From a candidate division WOR-3 bacterium (GTDB lineage Bacteria; Hydrothermota; Hydrothermia; LBFQ01), in the NCBI GenBank assembly GCA_027003075.1, contig JALWYV010000010.1, positions 3,900 to 67,899 of the forward strand: DNA of 64,000 bases. Direction: 5' to 3'. Shown here in pieces: positions 8,481-18,290 of this stretch. The position numbers and the translations under genes were made by a program. A model generated the notes under the pieces. It did no database searches and was not told the origin of the DNA. It saw nothing but the letters and a program-made list of their open reading frames with translations. The first letter of the stretch is position 1, and each line of letters starts with the position of its first letter.

Positions 8481-9545
8481 TTACCCTTCCATACGTCTCT
8501 CAATCACCTCTTCAACGTACCTGCGGACGTCCTCTAAACCTATCCTGCCAAGGGCAGGCTCAAAGAAGCCCATAACTATGAGCTTCTGGGCGTCTATACG
8601 GCTCAGCCCACGGCTCATAAGGTAGAAGATCTGCTCCTCGTCTATGGGGCCGACCGTCGCACCGTGGGTCGCCCTGACCTCGTCCGTCATTATCTCCAGC
8701 CCCGGTATGGAGTCCGCCCTTGCTCCGCTGTTGAGCAGGAGGGTATGCTCGGAGAGGTAAGCGTCCGCATGCTGGGCCTCGTGCTGTATATCTATCATGC
8801 CGTAGAGTACGGCCCTCGCCGTGTCCTTCAGAACCGCCCTTACCGTGGACTCCCCCTTGGTCATGGGGGCCGTGAAGTTGAGGTAGGTCGTCAGGTCGTA
8901 GTGCTGGGAGTCGTGTCCGAAGAGGACCTGAACGTCCTCAACCATCGCCTCGGCACCGACGGGTGTAACCTTGTGTTTGGCCATAACGAACTTCCCGCCG
9001 AACCACGAACCCACCAGTTTGCCTGTGCCTCTACCGCTGACGACGGCACCACGGTCGGCGAATATAACGCTGTCGTCGTCCATGGTTTCAACGGCACTAA
9101 GGATGAGGCTGGCGTCTTCCTCAACCTTTGCCTCCACCACTTCGGTGTATAGGCCGCTCCCGGAGACTTCAAGGACCACGGAAAGGGAACTCCCCCGTCC
9201 CATCTCAACCCTCAGGTGGAAATGTTCCCTGCCCTCAACGTTCACCCTTATGCGGGCAGGCTCTTCGCTCTTAAGACCCTCAGGCACCCTTATTATGAGA
9301 GGGGAACCGAGGTTCATGTAATGGAAGGCTACGAACTTCCACGCGTCCGGGGGGACTATGTCACCTATTTGGCCTTCCTCAAGGAGTTCAACCCCCTTCG
9401 GCAGATCCACCTGAATGTCCGCCTTTGTCTCCTCCGGATACACGTAATCCCCCCACCACGAAAGGGTCGTGTACTTGCTGGAGGGAAGGGGAAGTTCCTC
9501 GTAAAGCTTTTTTGCTCTCTCGCGTATGTTAGGAATTGCGACCAT
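8481..9545 (-). CDS. sufD: Fe-S cluster assembly protein, SufB/SufD family (SufD-like)
   Basis: 354 aa with a SufBD-type beta-helix core (...RAVLYGMIDIQHEAQHADAYLSEHTLLLNSGARADSIPGLEI...). No adjacent sufB, sufC or sufS. Confidence 0.65.
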   Translation of the reverse strand: MVAIPNIRERAKKLYEELPLPSSKYTTLSWWGDYVYPEETKADIQVDLPKGVELLEEGQIGDIVPPDAWKFVAFHYMNLGSPLIIRVPEGLKSEEPARIRVNVEGREHFHLRVEMGRGSSLSVVLEVSGSGLYTEVVEAKVEEDASLILSAVETMDDDSVIFADRGAVVSGRGTGKLVGSWFGGKFVMAKHKVTPVGAEAMVEDVQVLFGHDSQHYDLTTYLNFTAPMTKGESTVRAVLKDTARAVLYGMIDIQHEAQHADAYLSEHTLLLNSGARADSIPGLEIMTDEVRATHGATVGPIDEEQIFYLMSRGLSRIDAQKLIVMGFFEPALGRIGLEDVRRYVEEVIERRMEG

Positions 9546-9613
9546 AGACGGTATTATAGGGTTGAAACTTGACCCAATAGGTCAGGATTAAGCGGTGTTA
9601 GAATATCCCGCTT

Positions 9614-11056
9614 ATGACTTACGAAAAGGTGTTGGAACTCTACGAGAGGATGCAGGAGGAGTTGAACAGGGAAAGCTACCTCCTCGGTGCGGGTCTGAAA
9701 GAGAAACCCGAATACGACCGTATCTTTGAGAGATACCCGGAACTGGCCGATATGAAAACGGCCACCGCCATAATCCGGGAGAAGATGGACCTCCACGAGG
9801 ACGCTCCCGACGAGGTGGTTGAGGCTTACGATAGGGTTATCTTCACGATCCTTGAACTGTACCTGAGCCGCAAGACCCTCGCAGAGAGCCAGAAGATGGA
9901 GATGTACGAGATGTCGGCGGAGGTGGAGGTTGAGGGCAAGAAGGTACCCTACCGTATGGTCCCCCTCCTCATACAGAAAGAAAGCAAACGGGATAAGAGG
10001 CGCCTCTACTACGACGCCACCCTCCCCGTCGTTGAGAAGTTGACGTCCATGAAACTGGAGATCTACAGGAAGGCCCTCATGGTCGTCCGCAAGGACTTCG
10101 GATACCCCAACCTGTACGAGTACCACAACGCCCGGAAGATGGACGACTTCTCCGCCTACGCCGGCAGGATGAAGGACTTCCTTAAAGAGACGGAGGAGGA
10201 GTACAGGCCCCTCGCGGAGGAGTTCTTCGGGGAGATCCTCGGCCTCAGGTGGGGGGAGGTGGAGCCTTACGACTCCCCTTACCTCGTCTCCGGCAGTGCG
10301 TTTGACGTATCCCTGAAACTTCCGGACGTGGACGCCCTGAGGGAGACCCTCAGGAGGGGAGGGATAGATCTGGACTCCATGCCCAACCTCAGGATAGACG
10401 ACGAAGTGAGGCCTAAGAAGTCCCCGAGGGCCTTCTGCGTACCGATAAAGATCCCCGACGAGGTGGTCGTCGTTGTGAAACCCTCCGGTGCGTTCTCCGA
10501 CGTATCCACGCTCTTTCACGAGATGGGCCACGGCCTGCACTTCGCCTTTACGGACAGGAACCTGTCCGTACCCCACAGGCTCATGGGAAGGGTGGGGACG
10601 AGCGAGATATACTCCTTCAACATGCAGTACGTGACAGATCAACCCCTGTGGCTTGATGCCTTCGCCGTGGGGTGGGACGACAGGTTCGTTAGGTTCCGCC
10701 GGTTCGTCTACCTCTACTACCGCAGGCGCTACGCCGCCAAGGTCATTTACGAGGTGGAACTATTCAAAGGGGACGACTGGGAGAGGGTAGGCCCCGACCT
10801 CTACGAGAGGATACTGACCGACGCCACGGGCGTACATCACAACAGGGAAAGGTACTTCCTTGACATAGACTGGGGGTTCTACTCCGTAGACTACTCGCAG
10901 GCGTGGGAAGTGGAGGCGGCTCTGAGGGAGTTTCTGAAGGGGGAGTTCGGTGAGGACTGGTTCTTTAAACCTGAAGCCTACGAGTACCTTAAGGGGCTGT
11001 GGAGCCTCGGCATGAAGTACGCGCCGTTGAAACTGGCCTCCAAACTGTGGGGTTAG
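9614..11056 (+). CDS. Zinc metallopeptidase with an HEMGH motif (M3 oligoendopeptidase-F-like or M32-like)
   Basis: 480 aa. HExxH motif FHEMGHGLHF. Family assignment beyond 'gluzincin' is uncertain without a profile search. Confidence 0.55.
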   Translation: MTYEKVLELYERMQEELNRESYLLGAGLKEKPEYDRIFERYPELADMKTATAIIREKMDLHEDAPDEVVEAYDRVIFTILELYLSRKTLAESQKMEMYEMSAEVEVEGKKVPYRMVPLLIQKESKRDKRRLYYDATLPVVEKLTSMKLEIYRKALMVVRKDFGYPNLYEYHNARKMDDFSAYAGRMKDFLKETEEEYRPLAEEFFGEILGLRWGEVEPYDSPYLVSGSAFDVSLKLPDVDALRETLRRGGIDLDSMPNLRIDDEVRPKKSPRAFCVPIKIPDEVVVVVKPSGAFSDVSTLFHEMGHGLHFAFTDRNLSVPHRLMGRVGTSEIYSFNMQYVTDQPLWLDAFAVGWDDRFVRFRRFVYLYYRRRYAAKVIYEVELFKGDDWERVGPDLYERILTDATGVHHNRERYFLDIDWGFYSVDYSQAWEVEAALREFLKGEFGEDWFFKPEAYEYLKGLWSLGMKYAPLKLASKLWG

Positions 11057-11078
11057 GCCTACCTTAGAATTCCCTCCC

Positions 11079-11723
11079 GTGAGGAGGATAATCGTAGTTT
11101 TAGCAGCGGTAAGCCTCGTATCCTGCGCCTCCCTGAGTCGCTTCAAGTTCTGGGGGAAGGAGAAGGTCAGGGTCGTAATACCGGAGGAGTCCTTTAAGAA
11201 GGGCATGGAACTTTACGAAAAGGGCAAGTACAAGGACGCCATAAAGTACTTTAAGGAGGTCCTTTACACGAAGGGGTACGGCCCCCTCGCCGAGAGTGCC
11301 GCGGTGTTCCTCGGATGGTCCTACCTGAAGATGCACGCCTACGACGAGGCCATAGGTGAACTGGAGAACTTCCTGAACACCTACAGGAGGACGTCCGACT
11401 CCCTCCGGGCGCTGGCACACCTCGGTCTGGCAAAGGCTTACAACGAGAAACATACCAACCTTGAACTGGACATTTCCGACATAGACAAAGCCGTATACCA
11501 CGCCCAGATGCTCAAACGGATGGGAATTTTCACGAAAGAGGCGGACAGAATAATAAAAGAGGTCAGGTATAAGAAGGCCACAAAGATGCTTATGGCGGCC
11601 GACGTTTACTCCAAGCTCAAGGTTTACAAGTCGGTAAAGGTCTATCTGAGGACCTTCCTGAAACTTTACCCGGACGACCCGCGGGCAGACTCCGTTAAGA
11701 AGGTACTTGAATCCCTAAAATGA
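11079..11723 (+). CDS. bamD: TPR-like outer-membrane lipoprotein, BamD (YfiO)-like
   Basis: Signal peptide with lipobox (LVSCAS). TPR-like helical repeats (KGMELYEKGKYKDAIKYFKEVLY...). 214 aa. Confidence 0.5.
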   Translation: MRRIIVVLAAVSLVSCASLSRFKFWGKEKVRVVIPEESFKKGMELYEKGKYKDAIKYFKEVLYTKGYGPLAESAAVFLGWSYLKMHAYDEAIGELENFLNTYRRTSDSLRALAHLGLAKAYNEKHTNLELDISDIDKAVYHAQMLKRMGIFTKEADRIIKEVRYKKATKMLMAADVYSKLKVYKSVKVYLRTFLKLYPDDPRADSVKKVLESLK

Positions 11724-12685
11724 GGATAGCCCTTTTCGGCGGGAGGTTTGACCCTCCCCATTACGGCCACCTGATTCTGGCACGGGACATATACGAGAGC
11801 GGAAGGTTTGACAGGGTGAGGTTTCTGGTAAATTACGACCCTCCACATAAGAAGGCGGAGGCCGATTTCACCCACAGGGTACGGATGCTGAACCTCCTGA
11901 TAAGGGGAGAGGAGGGGCTGGAGGTGGATCCCTTTGAGGGGGAGATGAACATAAGCCCATCCTACACATATGCCGTTCTGAAGGCGTACAGGCGCGCCCA
12001 TCCCGGATGTGAGATCTACTTCGTAGTTGGGGAGGACCAGCTCAGGGCTATAAGGACGTGGAAGAACTACGAGGAGTTGCCCGGTCTGGCTAAGTTCGTA
12101 CTACTGAAGAGGGGGAGCGTGTCGGTGCCGAGGGAGATTCTGGAGGTGTTCCGTCCTATGGTTCTAACGGTCAGGAAACTTGACATATCCGCATCCGAGA
12201 TAAGGCGCAGGATAAAGGAGGGCAGGAGCATAAGGGGTTTAACGTCCGACGAGGTTATAGATTACATAAACTTCCACGGCCTGTACACCAACGGTGGTGA
12301 GATAACGGTTTACACCGACGCATCGGCTCGGGGCAACCCCGGAGAGTTGACCATCGCTTTTGTGGTCAGAAGGGGAGACAGGACGGTTTACGAGTACTCC
12401 CGCGTTGTAGGACATGGAACGAACAACGAGGGGGAGTATCTTGCCCTCATAGAGGCGCTAAACTGGGCGATAGGGGAAGGGATAAAGGGGTTTACGGTTT
12501 TTATGGATTCCCGTCTGGTAGTGAACCAGATCAAGGGGGTTTACAGGGTACGCAGTCCCAAGATAAAACCCCTTTACGAAAAGGCGCGAGAGCTTCTTTC
12601 GGCGGCAGATGCTAAGTTAGAGTATATTCCACGGGAAATGAACGTATCCGACCGGTTAACGAGGATAAAAACGCCCACAGTTTAA
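11720..12685 (+). CDS. nadD: Fusion protein: nicotinate-nucleotide adenylyltransferase (NadD) fused to RNase H-like (RNase HI) domain
   Basis: The N-terminal ~185 aa carry the NadD signature (F/H)GG(R/T)FDPPHYGHL. The C-terminal ~135 aa carry an RNase HI-type core (ITVYTDASARGNPGELTIAFVV...NNEGEYLALIEALNWA...MDSRLVVNQI). Confidence 0.7.
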   Translation: MRIALFGGRFDPPHYGHLILARDIYESGRFDRVRFLVNYDPPHKKAEADFTHRVRMLNLLIRGEEGLEVDPFEGEMNISPSYTYAVLKAYRRAHPGCEIYFVVGEDQLRAIRTWKNYEELPGLAKFVLLKRGSVSVPREILEVFRPMVLTVRKLDISASEIRRRIKEGRSIRGLTSDEVIDYINFHGLYTNGGEITVYTDASARGNPGELTIAFVVRRGDRTVYEYSRVVGHGTNNEGEYLALIEALNWAIGEGIKGFTVFMDSRLVVNQIKGVYRVRSPKIKPLYEKARELLSAADAKLEYIPREMNVSDRLTRIKTPTV

Positions 12686-13351
12686 CCACCGTAATGTCCG
12701 GTGGATCCGCACGGTATAACGGTTTTACCCTTTCATTCTCCCTGCTTCCAGCCATCTTCCGGACTTTGAGATGTTGCTGAAAAGCGTTGATGTCCTTAGC
12801 CTCCTCAATAATTTCCTTCGCTTTATCAAGGGCTTTGAGACCGTCTGGTGGCAGCTTCTTTTTTGCTCGTTCAACCCTATTCGTGCATTCCCACCTCATG
12901 GGCCGCGGCTATCTTGCGAATCTCCTCTTTATCTTCCTCCTTCACCCTCTTCAACATCTCCACCTCGCTCCACATCATAACTACCTTATCAATGACCCTA
13001 TCAAGGGCCTCACGCACACGATCCGGAAGCGTCTTGAACTTTTCGTGCTGTTCTGCAAGCCCTTCGGCCGCGTAGAGGGCGAGGACTAAGAAAACGGCTC
13101 CTCCCGTATAGCCGATGAGATCCGTCAGATAATCGGGGTCCAGGTTCTCCGCCGCGAAGTGAGGATAGGAGGCGGGCGATTAACCTCTGGGTCTGGGGCA
13201 TGAAGGTCCGTTTTACTATCTTAACCTGCAGGCTCTCTACCTTCTCCGCCGAGAAACCCGTTTTCCCCTTCCATCCCACGATTCCGGCCAGATTGGAGGT
13301 GATAGGTGGAAGGTTTATCTTTTCTTCCAGCCGCCTGCTGTTTATCCTCAT
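12686..13351 (-). pseudogene. Possible degraded or frameshifted gene region; no intact ORF fills ~700 bp
   Basis: Three protein-like minus-strand fragments sit in three different frames. One is MRINSRRLEEKINLPPITSNLAGIVGWKGKTGF... (13351->~13150). One is ...DLIGYTGGAVFLVLALYAAEGLAEQHEKFKTLPDRVREALDRV...EEIRKIAAAHEVGMHE* (~13130->12900) and has no start codon of its own. One is MRWECTNRVERAKKKLPPDGLKALDKAKEIIEEAKDINAFQQ... (12899->12686). They are joined by single-nucleotide frame offsets. Confidence 0.3.
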
Positions 13352-13407
13352 CGCCCTATTTTACACCCGAATAACGTTCTTAGTTTTGCACTTAACAAAC
13401 GGTCTAC

Positions 13408-14166
13408 CTAATCAGAGTCCGAAGCCCCGGTTTCCTTCTCAAAAAGAAGGGCGTACTTCTGAAAGTGGTACCACGCCTGTGAGAGTGCGTATACTATGCC
13501 CCTTCTTCCGTCTAAAAACGCTCCCTGAAGAACGTAGTACCTCAAGAACATAAGTGGAAAGCGAAAGAGCAGGTCCCAGAAGGACGCCCGTTTTCCCGCC
13601 TCGTCCTTTTCCCTTGCCGAAAGTGCGGCGTACTTCGTGTTCTTCTCCCAGTGGTGCAGGAGGTTCCTGTAAGGTCTGTGTCCTATATAACCCCTCAACT
13701 TCCCGATTCTCCCACTTCTGATGCTCAGGGTTTCGTGAACGTACTTCCCGGAGATCACGGCCACATCTCTGCGGGCGAGCCTCAGGAGGCGCGTTCCCCT
13801 CATACGTTGCAACTTTCCCAAGTACACGTTTCGCCTCAGGACGGTGTAGGCGTCGTACTCACCGCCTTTTACCGCCTCACCTATGCTCTGGGCCACTTCG
13901 GGGGTGAGCCACTCGTCGGCGTCCATAAAGAGAACCCATTCGCCCCTTGCGAGAGATAGGGCGTATTCCCGCTGTTTAACGTACCCCTCCCACTCTTTGA
14001 AAAATACCCTTGCCCCGTACTCCTTCGCTATCTCAACCGTTCTGTCCGTAGAACCGGAGTCCACCACCACCACTTCATAGTCAACGGGTAGAAGTTTCAA
14101 ACTCTCCAGAAGGGTGGGGAGGTTGTCCTCCTCATCCCTCGTAAGGACGAGTACGGATAGTTTCAA
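13408..14166 (-). CDS. Family 2 glycosyltransferase (LPS-core or cell-wall GT2-like)
   Basis: N-terminal GT-A motifs LSVLVLTRDEEDNLPTLLESL...VVVVDSGSTDRT...FMDADE. Confidence 0.75.
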   Translation of the reverse strand: MKLSVLVLTRDEEDNLPTLLESLKLLPVDYEVVVVDSGSTDRTVEIAKEYGARVFFKEWEGYVKQREYALSLARGEWVLFMDADEWLTPEVAQSIGEAVKGGEYDAYTVLRRNVYLGKLQRMRGTRLLRLARRDVAVISGKYVHETLSIRSGRIGKLRGYIGHRPYRNLLHHWEKNTKYAALSAREKDEAGKRASFWDLLFRFPLMFLRYYVLQGAFLDGRRGIVYALSQAWYHFQKYALLFEKETGASDSD

Positions 14167-15137
14167 ATCCAGTTTTCGTACCTGAACTGCCTGAGGAAAC
14201 GGACGTCGTTTTCGTAGAAATGGCGTATATCCTCAATCCCGTACTTCACCATGGCGAACCTCTCCACCCCTATACCGAAGGCGTACCCGGACCACTCGTC
14301 CGGATCTATGCCAACGTTTTTGAGGACATTAGGGTGGATCATGCCGCAGCCCAACATCTCCAACCACTCCCCCCTATACCATACGGACACCTCCATGGAC
14401 GGCTCCGTAAACGGGAAGTAAGAGGGTACGAACTTTACCCTCGCATCCTCACCGAACAGGGCCTTAACTATCTGCTCCAGTGTCCATTTCAGAGAACCGA
14501 TACTTATGTCCCTGTCAACGGCGAACCCCTCTATCTGGTGGAAGACGGGGGAGTGGGTGGCGTCAAAGTCGTCCGCCCGAAATACCTTTCCGAAGGTCGC
14601 AGCCTTCAGCGGAGGTCTGTGGGACTTCATGTACCTGATCTGGAAGGGGGACGTGTGCGTTCTCAGTAGCATGCCGTTGTTGAGGTAAAGGGACTGCTGC
14701 ATGTCTCTGGCCGGATGCCACTGGGGTATGTTGAGCAGGGTGAAGTTGTTCTCGTCCGTTTCCACCTCCGGACCTTCCCCTATCTCAAACCCCATGTTCT
14801 CAAGGACCTTCAGGATCTCGTTGGCCACTATCTTTATGGGGTGGAGGGCGCCGACCCCTTTCCTTCTAAGCCTCCCCGGGAGGGTGGGGTCGGAGGGTTT
14901 TATCCTGTCAAGGAGGTCCTCCCGCCTCTCCCTTATTACGGCCTCTATCTCCTTTTTTAAGGCGTTCAGAACGCTCCCGACCCGTCTCCTCTCCTCTGGA
15001 GGGAGATCCTTAAGCCTTTTAAGTTGCTGGGTTATCTTACCCTTCTTGCCTATGTACTCGGCCTTCAGGGCGTCAAGCTCGGCGACGGTCTTTACCGCCG
15101 ATAACCTCTCGTAGAACTCCTTCTTCAGGTCCTCCAT
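14163..15137 (-). CDS. pheS: Phenylalanine--tRNA ligase alpha subunit
   Basis: 324 aa. Class II aaRS motifs ...FGKVFRADDFDATHSPVFHQIEGFAVD... and ...GFGIGVERFAMVKYGI... Confidence 0.9.
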   Translation of the reverse strand: MEDLKKEFYERLSAVKTVAELDALKAEYIGKKGKITQQLKRLKDLPPEERRRVGSVLNALKKEIEAVIRERREDLLDRIKPSDPTLPGRLRRKGVGALHPIKIVANEILKVLENMGFEIGEGPEVETDENNFTLLNIPQWHPARDMQQSLYLNNGMLLRTHTSPFQIRYMKSHRPPLKAATFGKVFRADDFDATHSPVFHQIEGFAVDRDISIGSLKWTLEQIVKALFGEDARVKFVPSYFPFTEPSMEVSVWYRGEWLEMLGCGMIHPNVLKNVGIDPDEWSGYAFGIGVERFAMVKYGIEDIRHFYENDVRFLRQFRYENWI

Positions 15138-15138
15138 A

Positions 15139-15489
15139 TCATAGGTGCTGCTTTGCCACGTCCACGAGCTGGGCGAAGGTGTCAGGCTCGTAGTAGGCTA
15201 TGTACGCGAGACTCTTACGGTCAAGCTCCACGCCGGCCTTCTTTAGCCCGTAGATGAAACGGGAGTAGTTGAGGCCGTGCTGACGGGCGGCGGCGTTTAT
15301 TCTCTGGATCCAGAGGCGACGGAAATCCCTCTTGCGACGCTTACGGTCAACGTAGGCGTGTCTTAAGGCCTTAAGTACGGTTTCCTTGGCAGTTTTGAAC
15401 CTGCGGGAGTTGACACCCCAGTACCCCTTCGCCAGTTCCAGCCAGAACCTGTGTTTCTCCTGCCTGTACTTCCCGGTCTTTACTCTCAT
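15139..15489 (-). CDS. rplT: 50S ribosomal protein L20
   Basis: 116 aa. [25 protein letters not shown]...[16 protein letters not shown] is the classic bL20 sequence. The gene sits immediately upstream of pheS. Confidence 0.9.
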   Translation of the reverse strand: MRVKTGKYRQEKHRFWLELAKGYWGVNSRRFKTAKETVLKALRHAYVDRKRRKRDFRRLWIQRINAAARQHGLNYSRFIYGLKKAGVELDRKSLAYIAYYEPDTFAQLVDVAKQHL

Positions 15490-15525
15490 AGTCCGCCTAT
15501 TCTAAGGCCGACACCCACCCTTTCT

Positions 15526-16044
15526 TTACTTAAACTTCCTTACTCTGTAGTACACTTTTGCGGAGTCCATCCCGTTCACAGGGCAGCCCTCGGCAGGCGA
15601 AAACAGGGCGGCCACGTAGTAGTGGGTTGCAGGTACGGGGCCGAAGTACTGGATATTCTCGCGATAAAAGGTGTCGCCCACAAACGAGAGGGAGTCGCTG
15701 GAAGCGAGGGAGTAGTTAAAGACCGTGGGATCTCCCGGATCCGTCGTGTCCAGCATAAACCCCACGAGGAGCATAAACGTGCCATAGTCGTAGCGGAAGA
15801 GGACGTCCGTATAGTCACCGGGGTCAATGGGTTCCGATAGTGGAAATCTATCGCCCGGTATTTCCAGGGCCCCCGGAGGGGCAGAGATTATACCGGTGTC
15901 GCACTCTGTATCTCCGCTGGTATCCATACGGTAAACCGTTAGAATCCCTTCGGCTACGGTTATAACATCTTCACCGGGATGTGAAGCCCCCTTATCACAG
16001 GAGAGAGTTAGTATTATTGCGAGGATTAACGCTATCCTCCGCAT
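15526..16044 (-). CDS. Hypothetical lipoprotein
   Basis: Signal peptide with lipobox (ILTLSCDKG). 172 aa. No recognisable family. Confidence 0.4.
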   Translation of the reverse strand: MRRIALILAIILTLSCDKGASHPGEDVITVAEGILTVYRMDTSGDTECDTGIISAPPGALEIPGDRFPLSEPIDPGDYTDVLFRYDYGTFMLLVGFMLDTTDPGDPTVFNYSLASSDSLSFVGDTFYRENIQYFGPVPATHYYVAALFSPAEGCPVNGMDSAKVYYRVRKFK

Positions 16045-16136
16045 ACGGGATTTTACTCGTGTGGTGGGGAACTCCGTTTCTCAGGAACGGGAATCGGATG
16101 CGTACGGTTCCCTTAACGGCAGGATTCCGGCAATAG

Positions 16137-16168
16137 ATTGCTTCAGTATAGTCTTCCCTCGTATAATC
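16137..16168 (+). promoter_or_regulatory. Candidate sigma70-type promoter (TTGCTT -18 nt- TATAAT) 8 nt upstream of the aminotransferase ATG; it would give a nearly leaderless transcript
   Basis: The hexamers are read directly from the sequence. No transcript data. Confidence 0.25.
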
Positions 16169-16176
16169 TCCGGTCT

Positions 16177-17256
16177 ATGCATAAAAAGTTGTTTCTGCCC
16201 GGTCCCGTGGAGGTGCTTGACGAGGTGCTTCAGACTCAGGCCAGACCACTAATAGGACACAGGAGCAAAGAGTTCTCACGTCTTTACAAGGGGGTAATAA
16301 ACAAACTTAAAAGGCTATTCAACACCGAATACCACGCCTTCGTTTTTACGTCATCCGGTACGGGGGTCCTTGAAGGGTTTATAAGGAACTTCGTAAAGGA
16401 GAAGGTACTCATCCCCGTGAACGGATCCTTCTCAAAACGGTGGGTGGAGGCCGCCCAGCTGAACGGTAAGGGGGTGAAGGCCCTTGAATTTGAGTGGGGC
16501 AGGGCGGTCAGGCCCGAAGTAGTTGCTGAGGAGTTGAGAAGGGAGAGATACGACGCCCTTATGGTGGTACATAACGAATCTTCAACCGGTCTCACCAACC
16601 CCCTGAAGGAGATAGCAGAGGTCGTAAGGGAGGTCTCACCCGACACCCTCATCTTAGTTGATGCCGTGAGCGGGATGCTCGGAGTTCCCCTTGAGCTGGA
16701 GGGTTGGGGCATAGATGCCGTTGCCGCCAGCGTACAGAAGGCCTTCGGTCTCCCTCCGGGTATATCGGTCGCCTACGTGAGCGAGAGGGCGATGGAGCGC
16801 TCTAAGGAGATAGAGAACCGGGGGATGTACTTCAACTTTGAGAAGATGTTGGACTACTACAACAGGAAGAAACAGACCCCCTTTACCCCCAACATATCCC
16901 TAATGTACGCCCTTGACTACCAGCTGGATCGCATACTCGCCGAGGGGGTTGAGAACAGGTACGAGAGACACCTGAGGATGGCGGAACTGGCCCGGAAGTG
17001 GGCGCTTGAGAGGTTTGACATGTTTCCGGAGGAGGGGTACTGGTCCAGGACCATAACGTGCGTTGCCAACACCCGCGGCATGCCCGTGGCCGAGTTCATA
17101 GAGGAACTCGGAAGGAGGGGATACGCCATAGCGAACGGTTACGGCCCCCTCAGGGAAAAGACCTTCCGCATAGGACACATGGGAGACCTGACCGAAAGGG
17201 ACGTTTCGGAGTTACTCGGGGTAATGGACGAGATAATCCGGGAGAGGGGATGGTAA
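16177..17256 (+). CDS. Class V PLP-dependent aminotransferase (serine-pyruvate / alanine-glyoxylate aminotransferase family)
   Basis: Start taken at [13 protein letters not shown] (ATG at 16177). Class V aminotransferase fold with ...FVFTSSGTG...HNESSTG.... The stop overlaps the lpxD start (ATGGTAA). Confidence 0.7.
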   Translation: MHKKLFLPGPVEVLDEVLQTQARPLIGHRSKEFSRLYKGVINKLKRLFNTEYHAFVFTSSGTGVLEGFIRNFVKEKVLIPVNGSFSKRWVEAAQLNGKGVKALEFEWGRAVRPEVVAEELRRERYDALMVVHNESSTGLTNPLKEIAEVVREVSPDTLILVDAVSGMLGVPLELEGWGIDAVAASVQKAFGLPPGISVAYVSERAMERSKEIENRGMYFNFEKMLDYYNRKKQTPFTPNISLMYALDYQLDRILAEGVENRYERHLRMAELARKWALERFDMFPEEGYWSRTITCVANTRGMPVAEFIEELGRRGYAIANGYGPLREKTFRIGHMGDLTERDVSELLGVMDEIIRERGW

Positions 17257-18260
17257 AGAACCTTCCGCCCGCAAAGGTAATAGCCGAAATAGTTAAGGGA
17301 ACCATCGTAGGGGACGGGGAGTTCGTGCCGGGTGGGATAGCCGAGTCTCCGGAAGCCGGCCCGGAGGACCTGACCGTCTGGGACGGCAGGGGCCCCATAT
17401 CGGAGGACGTGGGGGTGGTGATCTCCCCGGAGCGCCCCCCCGGAAAGGTAAAGGCCTTCATAAAGGTTAAGGATTATCGGGAGGCTCTGGCCCACCTCCT
17501 CTCCCACTTTGAACCTCCTCACCCTTTCAAAGGAGTAAGTCCGGCCGCCTTCGTGGAGGATGGGGCGAAGGTTGAGGAAGGGGCCGCCGTGGCGCCGTTC
17601 GCCTACGTATCCGGGGGTGCCGTTATCGGGAAGGGGGCGGTGATCTACCCCTTCGTTTACGTGGGACCGGGCGCCCGGATAGGGGAGGGGACGGTGGTTT
17701 ACCCGTTTGCCTACATAGGCTGGGGCGTGGAGGTCGGAAAGCGTTGCCTTATACATCCGGGAGCCGTCATAGGGGCGGAGGGGTTCGGGTTCGTACCTAC
17801 CGAGACGGGATGGCTCCGGATACCCCAGATAGGTCGGGTAAGGATAGGGAACGACGTACGGATAGGGGCGAACACTACCGTTGATAGGGCCACGTTCTCC
17901 GTAACTTCTGTGGGTAAGGGCAGTAAGATAGACAACCTCGTCCAGATAGCCCACAACGTTAAGATAGGGGACTACACCGTAATAGCCGCCCAAAGTGGAA
18001 TAGCCGGGGGAACGGAGATAGGCTCCCGTGTGATATTCGGGGGCCAGGTGGGGGTGGCGGACCACGTAAAGGTCGGCGATGGCGTGATAGCCGCCGCCGG
18101 TTCCGGTATAAGTTCCAACGTGCCACCGGGCAAGGTGATAGCCGGCAAGATACCGGCGAGGGACAGGAGCCGTTTTAACCGGAGTGCCGTCCTGTTTTAC
18201 AAACTTCCGGAGATATACTCCCGTCTGCTTGAACTGGCGAGGAAACTGGAGAAAAAGTGA
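17250..18260 (+). CDS. lpxD: UDP-3-O-acylglucosamine N-acyltransferase
   Basis: Start at [25 protein letters not shown]. Long left-handed beta-helix hexapeptide repeats ([41 protein letters not shown]...). The larger antisense ORF 17139..18380 is rejected. Confidence 0.85.
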   Translation: MVKNLPPAKVIAEIVKGTIVGDGEFVPGGIAESPEAGPEDLTVWDGRGPISEDVGVVISPERPPGKVKAFIKVKDYREALAHLLSHFEPPHPFKGVSPAAFVEDGAKVEEGAAVAPFAYVSGGAVIGKGAVIYPFVYVGPGARIGEGTVVYPFAYIGWGVEVGKRCLIHPGAVIGAEGFGFVPTETGWLRIPQIGRVRIGNDVRIGANTTVDRATFSVTSVGKGSKIDNLVQIAHNVKIGDYTVIAAQSGIAGGTEIGSRVIFGGQVGVADHVKVGDGVIAAAGSGISSNVPPGKVIAGKIPARDRSRFNRSAVLFYKLPEIYSRLLELARKLEKK

Positions 18261-18290
18261 TGGGCTACTTTCACCCCTACAATTCGTACC

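Noticed and set aside
9554-10642. 362-aa minus-strand ORF antisense to the HEMGH metallopeptidase
   Set aside because: Composition (H/P/V/G/L runs) is typical of an antisense frame of a GC-rich gene, while the sense strand carries a clean HExxH motif.
15490-15525. Expected rpmI (L35) upstream of rplT
   Set aside because: Only 36 bp separate rplT from an unrelated lipoprotein gene, so there is no room for rpmI. It must be encoded elsewhere.
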